In this document: positions 50,318 through 62,369 of the stretch, in pieces
How the letters are laid out: each line of letters begins with the position of its first letter
How positions within the stretch are numbered: the first letter of the stretch is position 1
NCBI RefSeq assembly: GCF_963921235.1
Contig: NC_086108.1
Location: 6,014,001-6,078,000, forward strand
Origin: Mobula hypostoma
Lineage: Eukaryota
Length of the DNA stretch: 64,000 nt
Direction of reading: 5' to 3'
Translations under genes and position numbers: made by a program
The notes under the pieces: generated by a model
Told to the model about the DNA's origin: nothing
Databases searched by the model: none
The model's input: only the letters and a program-made list of their open reading frames with translations

Positions 50318-53300
50318 TGTGGTAAACCATGTATACAGATTGTAACTGGGTTACCTGTCTGGACACGCCCCTCTGCTGACTGCTCCTGTGGCTCCTCCCA
50401 CAGACCCCAGAATAAAGGCGATTGTGTCACTGCTCCTCCTCTCAGTCCAGGACAGATACTTAGCATGGACGTGGACCTGTTTTTCTGTTAATAAAAGCCT
50501 TTCAGTATTTACTCTACTTCCAGTCTTTTGGAGTAATTGATAGTGCATCAATGTTATTAACAGTAATTTTAAAGCATGGGACATGTCCTGAGACCCAACA
50601 AGTTAGACCACAAACACCTGAAGCCGGAAACACTTTCGAACTCTGGCTGGCCTGCTTTGAATCATACCTAGAGGAGATTGAAGTGACCAAGTCCGCCGCG
50701 AAGTGCAGAGTTCTCCTCTCCAAGGTCAGTCCACGGGTCTGCTCAATGATTAGAGACCTGCCGAGCTACGACGGCGCGATGAGCGCCCTCAGTAGACAAT
50801 GCATGCTGCTGGTAAACACCATCTATGCGCGACATCGCTTAGCGACACGGCAGCAGCGGCCCGAAGAGTCGAGCGCTGAGTTCACCCGGGCCCTACAGGC
50901 ACTCGTGCAGGCCTGCGATTGCCAGGGGCTGACGGCTGAACAGCATGCGGAGCTCCTAGTAAGAGACGCCTTCGTCACAGGGACCAGGTCACTGTATGTA
51001 CGCCAGCGGCTGCTGGAACACGCTGATCTTAACTTACGTTCAGCGACTGAGCTGGCCGACACGCTGGAGGCCGCTCTGAACAACTCTTACGCTCTCCAGG
51101 CACGCGATCTCCCTATGGCCTCGTGGACGCCGCAGACCCTGCAACCCGCTGGCAAATCGACCACAGCTGCTGCCAGTCGCGAGTTCGCGAAGTGCTACTT
51201 CTGTGGACTCAAGAAGCACCCTCAGAAATGCTGCCCGGCCCGAGAAGCTACCTGCTCCAGCTGTGGAGAGAAGGGCCACTTCGCCAAGAGCTGTAAGTCC
51301 AAACCGTGAGCAGGATCGAGCAGCGCCGTGTGCGAGGCATGGGGGTCGCCATCTTGCCTGCACGCTGCCACCATGTGCGAGATATGGGGGCGGCCATCTT
51401 GGTCGGCGCCACTTCACGCCACCTACCACCTACGGGTGCTCACCAGGCACCCCACCATGCCAGACCAAGACAGCGACTCAACTCTGGCCTCCGTCACCCT
51501 CAATCAAAGCACTCCCCACCAGCTTGCAAGATCAATGATGGACATCCTGGTGGAGAGGCGCAGGACTATCTGCCTGTTTGACACAGGCAGCACGGAGAGT
51601 TTTATCCACCCGGACACAGTGCAGCATTGCAGACTCGCGATACGGCCGGTAAGCCAGACGGTCGCCATGGCTTCTGGGTCGCATACAACAGACATCCGGG
51701 GGGGTTGTGTAGCGACACAAGTGGTGCAGGGCACAGAATATCCAGACTTTACATTACTGGTCATGCCTCAACTGTGTGCCCCTGTGCTATTGGGGCTCGA
51801 CTTCCAGAGCCACCTGAAAAGTGTGACAATGGAGTATGATGGGCCCCTCCCATCAATCACTGTCGGAAATCCTCAGTTTTGTAGGAATACGTCACACACC
51901 CCGCTACTGACTACCCCCACACACCAACCCGCACATCCCACCCAACACCATGCCAACAGCTGCACTACGGACACCACTTGCGGCCTCTCCACCCTCAAGA
52001 TCCCTCCCCCACCGCTGTTCGCCAACCTGACCCCCGTCTGTAAACCTGTGGCAGCTAAAAGCAGAAGGTACAGCGCGGGGGACAGAGCTTTCATTAAGTC
52101 GGAGGTGCAGCTGCTGCTCAGGGAGGGGGTCACTGAGGCAAGCACAAGTCCTTGGAGGGCGCAAGTGGTGGTTGTTCGGAACGGGGAGAAGAATAGGATG
52201 GTCGTGGACTATAGCCAGACCATCAATAGGTTCATGCAGCTCGACGCGTACCCTCTACCCCGCATCGCGGATATGGTCAATCAGATAGCACAGTACAAGG
52301 TGTACTCGACCATAGACCTAAAATCCGCTTACCATCAGCTCCCCATCCGCCGGGCGACCGCCCTTACACTGCCTTCGAGGCGGACGGCAGGCTTTATCAA
52401 TTCCTGCGCGTCCCCTTTGGTGTCATGAATGGTGTATCTGTCTTCCAGAGGGCAATGGACCGGATGGTGGACCAGTGCCAACTGAAGGCCGCGTTCCCAT
52501 ATCTGGATAACATCACCATCTGCGGTCACGACCGGCAGGATCACGACAACAACCTCCAAAAATTTCTCCAAGCGGCCAAAGCTTTCAATCTCACCTATAA
52601 CAAGGACAAGTGTGTGTTCAGAACCACCCAACTTGCTGTCGTGTGTCGTGGAGAACAGAGTCATTGGCCCTGACCCCGACCGTATGCGCTCCCTGTTGGA
52701 ACTCCTTCTTCCCAATACCCTCAGAGCCCTCAAAATGTGCCTGGGCTTCTTTTCATATTACGCCCAATGGGTCTCTAACTACGCAGACAAGGCCCGCACC
52801 CTGGTCAAGCCCACTACATTCCCCCTCTCAGCCGAGGCCCACGCAGCCTTCAGCTGCATAAAAGGGGACATTGCCAAAGCAGCAATGCATGCGGTGGATG
52901 AGGCCATTCCCTTCCAAGTAGAGAGTGACGCCTCCGACTTTGCGCTGGCTGCTACCCACAACCAGGCGGGAAGACCGGTGGTGTTCTTCTCCCGTACCCT
53001 TCAAGGCCCTGAAATTCAGCACTCCACGGTGGAGAAAGAGGCCCAGGCCATAGTAGAAGCTATTAGGCACTGGAGGCACTATCTCACTGGCAAAAAATTC
53101 ATCCTGCTAACTGACCAGCGCTCAGTCGTATTCATGTTTAATAACCAACAGTGGGGCAAAATCAAAAATGATAAAATTCTGAGGTGGAGAATCGAACTCT
53201 CCACCTACAACTATGACATCATGTACAGGCCTGGGAAGCTCAACGAGCCCTCTGATGCCCTATCCTGGGGAACGTCTGCCAGCGCGCAGGTCGACCGGCT

Positions 53301-54734
53301 ATACGCCCTACATGTGGATCTTTGCCACCTGGGGGTCACCTGGCTTCGTGAAAGCCCGGAACCTGCCTTACTCCCTTGAGGAGTTCAGGATGATGACCAG
53401 GGACTGCCAAGTCTGCGCAGCGTGCAAACCACACTTCTACCGACCCGAAAAGGCACCACTCATCAAGGCCACCCGCCCCTTTGAGTGACTGAGTGTCGAC
53501 TTTAAGGGCCCCCTTCCCTCTACCGACCGCAATGTGTACTTTCTTAACGTAATCGACCAGTATTCATGGTTCCCCTTCGCCATCCCCTGCCCCGATACCA
53601 CTACCACGTCAGTCATAAAAGCCCTGCGCAAGCTCTTCACTCTGTTCGGATACCCATGCTATATCCACAGTGACAGAGGGTCCTCGTTTATGAGTGACGA
53701 GCAGCGCCAATACCTACTGGCTAGGGGAATTGCAACTAGTAGGACCACAAGCTATAATCCCCGGGGGAATGGACAGGTAGAGAAGGAGAATGCCATGGTG
53801 TGGAAAGTCACACTCTTAGCCCTCAGGTCAAAGGGACTGCTGGTCTCCCGCTGGCAGGAGGTCCTTCCCGAGGCACTCCACTCCATCCGCTCCCTGTTAT
53901 GCTCGTCCACCAATGTCACCCATCATGAGTGACTCTTTTCTTTTCCCAGGAAGTTGACCACCGGGACCACCCTACCAACTTGGCTGATGTCCCCGGGGCC
54001 AGTGCTGCTCCGGAAACATGCGAGGAGCAATAAATACTCCCCAATAGTCGAGAGGGTTCACTTACTTCATGCGAACCCCCAGTATGCCTACGTGGTTTTA
54101 TTGATGGGCAGGAGGACATGGTCTCCATCCGCGACCTGGCGCCCGCAGGAGCACCAGCCCCCTACCCTGAATACTCCATGGTGACTATTAACCCCGTACC
54201 TACTGATATGTATACCCACAAAACACCGCGCACTCCAAGCCCTACACAGACACCAGATGACACTCCCATACTGGGCGCGACACACACGCACAAGGGATTA
54301 CTGACGCCTAACGTGCTGACACCTCAATTCAGGCTGGAGCCAGCACAACCACCATCACCGATGCAATTACCACCGGTGCTACGTAGATCACAGCGACAGA
54401 ATCGACCACCTGATAGACCTGACCTGTAATTATACTTGTTTGTAAATATTGTCAGTCACTTTACCCCTCGGGACTCTCCTTTTTTAAAAAGGAGAGGTGA
54501 ATGTGGTAAACCATGTATACAGATTGTTACTGGGTTACCTGTCTGGACACGCCCCTCTGCTGACTGCTCCTGTGGCTCCTCCCACAGACCCCTGAATAAA
54601 GGCGATTGTGTCACTGCTCCTCCTCTCAGTCCAGGACAGATACTCAGCATGGACGTGGACCCGTTTTTCTGTTAATAAAAGCCTTTCAGTATTTACTCTA
54701 CTTCCAGTCTTTTGGAGTAATTGATAGTGCATCA
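50318..54734 (+). mobile_element. Full-length Ty3/Gypsy LTR retrotransposon, defective
   Basis: 233-bp TG...CA LTRs (50318-50550, 54502-54734; 4 mismatches), 5-bp TSD ATGGG, PPT 54486-54501; gag with zinc knuckles, PR (FDTGS), RT, RNase H (SDAS), integrase (HHCC, DDE) in Gypsy order, with stops and frameshifts. Confidence 0.97.
50576..54428 (+). pseudogene. Gypsy gag-pol, frameshifted
   Basis: ORF pieces 50551-51309, 51328-52428, 52425-52673, 52612-53379, 53534-53932, 54118-54429. Confidence 0.9.
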
Positions 54735-57633
54735 ATGGGGTTTGTGAGTGAACAGCTCTTTTCGAGTCCAACCACAAATTCTGAATTAGATTGAGGTCTG
54801 GACTCTGACTTGGTCATTCCAGGACATTAATTTTGTTGTTTCTAAGCTATTCCTGGGTAGCTTTGGCTTTATGCTTGGGGTCATTGTTTTGCTGGAAAAC
54901 TAATCTTCTCCCGAGTCGTAATTCTCTTGCAGACTGCATCAGGTTTTCCTCCAATTTTTCCCTCTATTTTGCTGCATTCATTTTACCCTCTACCTCACAA
55001 GCCTTCCAGGACCCACTGCAGTGAAGCAGTGTTTTTGATGATGTGTGGCGCTTAGTTTACACCAAACATAGCATTTAGTCTGATGGCCATAGAACCTTCT
55101 TCCAGCTGACTTCAGAGTCTCCCACATGCCTGCTGGCAAACTCCAGCTGAGATTTCATTTAAGTTTTTTACAACAGTGGCTTTCTCTTTGCCACTCTCCC
55201 AGAATGATACAACTGGTGACGCACCCGGACAACGGTTGTATGAGCAGTCTCTCCCATCTCAGCCACTGAAGCTTGTAACTCCTCCAGAGTTATCATAGGT
55301 CTCTTGGTGGCCTCCCTCACTAGTCCCCCTCTTGCACGGTCACTCGGCTTTTGAGGACGGCCTGCTCTAGGCAGATTTACAGCTGTGCCACATTCTTTCC
55401 ATTTCTTGATTATTGACTTAACTGTACAACAAGGGATATTCAGTGACAGAAATTTTCTTGTAGAAAATCTCCTGACTTGTACTCTTCAATAACATTTTCA
55501 TAGAGTTGCTTGGAGTGTTCTTTTGTCTTCATGGTGTAGTTTTTGCCAGGAAACTGCCTCATCAGCAGTTGAACCTTATGGATACAGATGTATTTTTACT
55601 GCAATCAATTGGAACATCTTGACTGCACCTTAATTTAACTAATTATGTGATTTCTAAAACCAGTTGGCTGCACCAGTGATGATTTGGTGTGTCATATTAA
55701 AGGGGGTGAATACTTATGCAATCAATTATTTTGAGTTTTATATTTGTAATTCATTTAGATCACCTTGTAGAGATTTGTTTTCACTTTGACACGAAAGAGT
55801 CTTTTTCTGTTGATCAGTGTCAAAAAGGCCAGATTAAGTCCACTGTGATTCAATGTTGTAAAACAGTAAAACACAAAAACTTCCAAGGGAGGGGGGTGAA
55901 TACTTTTATGGGCACTGTAGGTAACATCCCCTTCAAGTCCTCTCTATCTAGGCCTTTCAATATTCAATAGGTTTCAATTAGATGCTCCCTCATTCTTCTA
56001 AACTCTGGTGAGTACAGGTCCAGAGCCATCAAACACTCCTCATACGTTAACCCTTTCATTCCCATTTCCTCAGGTAGGCAACTTGCTGAGTCAGTACGAA
56101 CATTTTGGGCTTCCAATCTGTATAATTCCAGATTCAATAATCCAATAATCCCAGACTCCAGAATGAGAAAATCAGCTTCAATTCATTCAGTGGGGTTGGA
56201 TCACTTTACAAAACAAAACTGCCACCACACTAAACCCTTGATACCATCTCCATTCCCATTAACGATTCTAACAGAATCAGAATCAGATTTAATGTCACTG
56301 ATGTACATTGTGAAATTTGTTGTTTTGTGGCAGCAGTACAGAGCAGGATTCACAGTGTGAACAATTATTAAGCTGGCTTTGAATGCGCTCCTGGCATTTC
56401 CTCCCATTACGCAGAACACAGATTAAACGTTCTATCAAACTGGCATCTATTCACTGAAGCCAACAGAATCCGAATCAGGTGTAACATCACTGGCATCTGT
56501 TGTGAAATTTGTTGTAATGTGGCAGCCGTACATTGCAATACATAATTAAAAACTGTACAATACAGTAAGAAGTATTTGCATATATATTTAAAAAGTTAAA
56601 TTAGTGCAAAAATAGAAATATAAAGTAGGGAGCTGGTGTTCACGAGTTCAATGTTCATTCAGAAATCTGATGGCGGAAGGGAAGAAGCTGTTCCTGAATC
56701 ACTGAGTGTGTACCTTCAGGCTCCTGTACTTCCTCCCTGATGGTGGCAATGAGAAGAGGGCATGTCCTGGGTGATGGGGCTCCTTAGTGATGGATGCATC
56801 TGCAGATTTTCTCTTGTTTCTGTACAGGGAGATTTCATTTATAATCAAGGAGCTTAGTGCCCTCTGCTGTCTGGATAATTCAGAAGGTTCCTGCGTTCAG
56901 ACCTATTGTGTCTTGATGAAGAGTTGCAGCACAAAACGTCAACTGTTGCTTCCTTTCCACGGGCGACAGTGGAGGTCAGGTCATTGGGTATATTTAAGGC
57001 AGAGATTGATAGGTATCTGAGTAGCCAGGGCATCAAAGGTTATGGTGAGAAGGCAGGGGAGTGGGACTAAATGGGAGAATGGATCAGCTCATGATAAAAT
57101 GCCAGAGCAGACTCGATGGGCCGAATGGCCAACTTCTGCTCCTTTGTCTTATGGTCCTATGGTCTAAGATGAGCAACAATAGTGCTCCCCTTCTCCCTTT
57201 CTACCAGACATGGCAAAGTATTTTCATCTGCTTAAAGGTGCTGTACCTGCATCCCTGAGATCTCAGTCCAACGAGTTCTTCAGAAGATCATGAAATCACT
57301 AGTTCATTAAGATGGTTAAGGGGAAAATATAGTCTGCAGTTTGCAGTGAAAGTAGTTCAGAAGTATATTTAGAAGTTATGTAAGCTGCCAGCAAAACGTC
57401 ACCATGTTTCACCAGAGCCTGCTTGCCCAGCTCTATACAACAGCAGCACAACTGGACCCCTCCAGCATGGTTTCCCATAGCCCTACATTTCTGTTCTCCT
57501 TTCAGGTAGGCAATCCAGTTGTATTTACCTCTAACACACCCTATCAATGTACGTACCACACATTCTAATCATCTACAACACGAGAAAACTATTCCTTGTT
57601 CACTTTTCGTTCCTTTTCCAATTGTCTTCTTAC

Positions 57634-58029
57634 TGTCACCCGGTGCGGACATGGGCCAAGTGCGGAGTGAGAGACACTGAAGCAGGTCGATAGTTCAGAC
57701 TTTAATGCCAACAGCATTAAAAGGAAAAGAAAACAATAAATGCTAGGCCAAACTGGGTCCTTAACTAAAACCCTCAAACGGAAAACGAAGCCTCCACTAC
57801 AGCTTAAAAGAACAACTAAGAATAAACAAATACTGTCAGTTGACTCAACAGTCCAATTTCTCAGGCAAGGCAGAACGCAAGCAGGCAGCTGTGTCAAAGT
57901 CTCAACCAATACTACAACGGAATGAATGGAATTAAATACTATCTCAATGAAATAATAATTAGCTCACACGTGCATATTCACGAGCACAATTGCTGAATCT
58001 GCTGCACTGCTGAAACCGTGGTTGTGACA
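57634..58029. mobile_element. Solo LTR (~396 bp)
   Basis: TGTCAC...GTGACA termini, near-TSD CTTAC/CTTAT. Confidence 0.7.
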
Positions 58030-58134
58030 CTTATGGTTTTTGAAATGAAATGTGATGATTTTTGCTGCAGCAGTACAATGCAATACCAAACAACAGAGAA
58101 AAAATGGAATTACTGTGAGTGTGTGTATGTGTAT

Positions 58135-58958
58135 TGTGACGAATACACATAGATAAGATGTTAGCTGTCCTGTGTGATCAGCAGTTGGTCTGCCACCTGT
58201 CGTCAAGAGAGAGATAAGGGACACAATGAAACAGCACCTGGAGATGTGTAGAGAGCTGTCTGGAGCGGCTCCCCCTTTGAACCCTAAACTGTTTGAAGTG
58301 ATGGACAGGCGATACCCCAGCAGGGGGATAAAAAGGGACAGGTTCGCTAAGGCAGGACACACGACACCCGGGGTAACGAGACCCTGGAAGCGGTGCGCCT
58401 CTCACGAGTAGGTGGGAAGTACCGGACAACGCACAGGGTGGAAAGGTACGATCAGCAGGAACCCGGTGTGTGTCCACCCTTGCCTGGGTGCCGGGTTCAC
58501 TGCAGAGGATCGACCGCATCTGGAGGAGGGGTCACAGTCGGTGACCTCAGGTGACATCACCAAGGGCCTGCCCAAAAGTTGCTAGTGAGCCATATCGCCG
58601 GTCTGTGAGTGAAGCCGTGTCTGAATGAGCAGTCGTTCCCGTTCTCTCTCTCTCTCCCCCCACGTTGTCCATCGCCATGGCAACGATTACTGCGAACTGA
58701 ACTACTAAATTGGACTGAACTTTGAGTCACTTTGAAGTTTGGTCATTTACCCCTAGACAACGATAGAGCTTGATTGATGCTGTTATCTTAATTCTGTGCA
58801 CATGTGTGTTTATCATTGCTAAACTGTTGCATTTATTATCCTTTCAATTACTGTGTTGCTTGTTTCTTTAATAAAACTTTCTTAGTTCTAGTAATCCAGA
58901 CTCCAACTGAGTGATCCATTTCTGCTGGTTTGGCAACCCAGTTACGGGGTACGTAACA
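58135..58958 (+). mobile_element. Solo LTR (824 bp)
   Basis: TGTGAC...GTAACA termini, 4-bp TSD GTAT, TATA-like GATAAAA near 58327, AATAAA near 58870; inserted in a Rex1-like tail. Confidence 0.85.
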
Positions 58959-58959
58959 G

Positions 58960-60000
58960 TATACATCTATATATATAACAAATAAATACAATAGTTAAAT
59001 AAGTAGGGCAAAACTAAAACTTAAAAAAGTAGTGCAGTAGTGTTCTCAATGTCCTTTCAGAAATTTGACAGCAGAGGGGAAGAGGCTGTTACTGAATCGT
59101 TGAGTCTGTACCTTCAGCTTTTGTACTTCCATTTGGATGGCAGCAATGTGAAAAGGGCATGGCCTGGGTGATGGCTGTTCTTAATAATGGACGTCGTCTT
59201 TTGAGACATCACTCCCTGAAGATGTCCTGGATACCATCGAGGGTAGTGTCCAAGATGGAGTTGACTGTGTTTACAGCTCTCTGCAGCTTACTTCAATCCT
59301 GTGCAATAACCCCCCCCCAAAAAAAACGAGGCAAGTGTTGCAGCCAGCTAGAATGCACTCCATGGTACAGCTGTTGAAATTTGCGAGTGATTTTGGAGAC
59401 AAACCAAATTTCCTCACACTCCTGATCAAATATAGCCACTGTTGTGCCTTCTTTGTAGCTGCATTGACATGTTGGGTCCAGGTTAAATCCTCAGAGATAC
59501 TGACACCTAGGAATTTGAAATTGCTCTTCTCTCCACTTCTGAACCCTCTGTGAAGACTGGTGTGTGTTCCCTCATCTTACCCTTTCTGAAGTCCACAAAC
59601 ACTTCTCTGATCTGACTGATGTAGAGGGCAAGGTTGCTGCTACCATACCATTCAATTTGCTGGTTTAGTTCATTCCTGTACGCCCTCTCATCAGCATCTG
59701 GCAACAATGGTTTATCATCAGCAAATTTATAAGCCACATTTGAGCTGTGCCTAGCCACACAGTCATGGGTGTAGAGAGAGTAGAATGAGGGCTAAGCACA
59801 CGTCCCTGTGGCGTGCCAGTACTGATTGCCAGCGAGGTGGAGATGTTGTTTCCGACCCAAACAGATTGTGGTCTACCGGTTAGGTAGTCGAGGATCCTGT
59901 TGTAGAGGGAGATACAGAGGCCCAGGTTTTGGAGCTTTTCGGGGATCAGATCTGTAGGAATGATTGTGTTAAATGCTGAGCTGTAATCAATAGACAGCAA
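58960..60000 (-). mobile_element. Rex1/Babar-like LINE remnant
   Basis: IDYSSAFNTI, GTPQGRVLSP, YKFADD remnants. Confidence 0.85.
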
Positions 60001-62369
60001 CAATGGGATTCTTTCTATTCCCATGAACTTCCTGATGGTTAAATATTTCTGAGTAGATTACCGCTCCACCTTCCCTGTTACATGTCCTTGTTTCCTTCCT
60101 TCATGTCTTCATTCAGCTTCTTGGCAAATGCATCCATGACTGAGTGGTAACAACATCCAAATTCTCACCGGATGCTGGGTAAAAAGCTCCTCCCACTTGT
60201 TCCAAGTGGATTGGTTAATGACCTAAATTCATATCCTTACAAGACGAAATCAAGGTTTAAAACTACCACATCAAACCCCGTCGTAACAACAGCACAGAGT
60301 GTAGTGGTCAGCACAACACTTTATGGTACCAGTGACCTGGGTTTAACTGCCTGTCAGATTGTGTGTTCTCCCCGTGACTGCTTGGGTCTCCTCCAACAGT
60401 CCAAAGACCTGCTGGTCAGTAGGTTGATTGGTTGTTGTACACTGGCCCGTGATTAGGTTAAGGTTAAACTGGGGATTGCTGGGTGGCACAGCTTGAAGGC
60501 CAGAAATGCCTACTGTGCTGTGTCTCAATAAATAAATAAATAAACAAATGAAATCACATTAAGGATGGAGGCTGACAGCCCGTAATGGGACTTACAGGAC
60601 TGTGCAGATCCTGAGTGCGAGGGAGGGACAGGGCTTGCTTTCCTGTTGTTGATTTGTTCCTTGTTGTGCTCTGAGGTGAGAGTGGCCGGCAAGCAGGTGT
60701 TCAGCACTGTCTACCACCAATGGAAGGTCTGCGTATGACGGTCTCTCTCTCCCTCTTGCTCACTGATCCTGGCAGAAAGTGCCTGCATTCAAACAGTCTC
60801 TCTCTCTCTCTCGCCTTCTGCTCAATGTGTCGGAATATCGGGGACTTGAGCAAGGTTTAACTGATGAAATTTGTGGATTGGACTCTATAGTTCACATTAT
60901 GATGTGTTTCTGATTTTGATCGCTCCTTTTTTTGTTACTATTTTGTGTGATTTTGATCGAAGCAGACTCAGATAATGAACAACACTGAACTAGACTGAGC
61001 TGAACAGAGTATGCCTCGACTGGTTGGATGATTTATGCTTTGGTGATTTACATTCTGTGGTCTTTGTTTGTTTTTCTTTTTGCCATTTGCACAATTTGTT
61101 CCTTTGAGCTTTGGGTGTTTGATGTTTTTCTTTGAATGGGCTCCATGGTTTTTCTTTCTTTGTTTCGTGGCTGTCTGTGGGAAGATGAATCTCAGGGTTG
61201 TATACTACATACACACTTTGTTAATAAATGTACTTTGAATCTTTGTTGTGTTCTGCCCAGCATTGTGGGCATGCTATGTTGGCATCAGAATGTGTGGCGA
61301 CACGTGCAGGCTCCCCCTAGCACGTCCTTGGGCGTGTTGGTTGTTTTGCAAGCAGCACATTTTAGAGTTTGTTTCGAAGTACATTCGATGCACTAATCAG
61401 CAGCACCTCCACTTCCTGAGGAGACTGAGGCTCTCCCACCATCTCCAACTGAATTTTACAGGACTACCATTGAGAGCATCCTGACAAGTCACATCTCCAT
61501 CTGGTATGGGAGCAGCAGAGTGTTAGAACGGAAACAGGACCCTTAGTATTATTAAGGATCTCACCCATCCATCCAGCATCCTCCTTGACTTTCTACCATC
61601 AGGCAGGAGACTCTGATGCATAAAGACAAGAATGATCAGGATAGGAAAACAGCTTCCTCCCTCAGGCCATTTGGCTTCTGAACTCCCTGCCGCATCGCAT
61701 TCAAAGTGTCACTGGATAACTTGTACTATACTGTACTATATTTAATTTACACCCGTTACTTTGTTAATCTACGCATAATTCATTTCTAGATTTAATTCTT
61801 ACTTTTCTACATTATTGTGTACTATATGTGTGTTATGTATACTGTGTTTTATACCCTGGTTTAGAGAAACGTTGTTTTGTTTGACTGTATACTGTACATG
61901 TTTATAGTTAAATACCCATAAATTTGACTTGAAAAGACTTCCTCTAAGTATTTTTTTTTAAGTTGGGGAATAAAGGCCCGCCCTTTCAGTTTTCTCTAAT
62001 ACTTCGTTGGATTTGGTATCAGCTGTATAGACAGCACAGTGGCATAGTAGTTAGCACAACTCTTTCCAGTACCAGCGATCCGGGTTTGAATTCCCACCAC
62101 TGCCTGAACGATGTTTGTACAGTATATCCTCCCTGCGACTGCATGGATTTCCTCCAGGTGCTCCAATTTCCTCCCACAGTCCAAAGACTAGGTTAATTGG
62201 TGATTGTAAATTGTCCCATGATTAGGTTAGGATTCAATTGGGGGTGGGGGGGTTGCTGGGTGGTGCAGTTCAGAGGGTCTATTCCACCTTGTATCTCATT
62301 AAATAAACATAACAATTGTTTACCCAGTGCCTCTCTCATATTACCAAACTCTCATATTAACGTTTATAA

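Larger units (their letters stand above)
49959..55917 (-). mobile_element. Tc1/mariner transposon with long (~215 bp) IR/DR-type TIRs, defective, interrupted by a Gypsy element
   Basis: TA TSD (49957-49958, 55918-55919); TIRs 49959-~50172 and ~55697-55917; transposase remnants [29 protein letters not shown]. Confidence 0.92.

Noticed and set aside
50551..52428. Domesticated gag/protease gene
   Set aside because: Frameshift at the gag start, stops in pol, and both LTRs and TSD are present: an ordinary decaying insertion.
57490..57512. AG|GT recursive splice site-like motif (TTCTCCTTTCAGGTAGG)
   Set aside because: No plus-strand transcript can be supported here, and the motif adjoins a decayed repeat tail.
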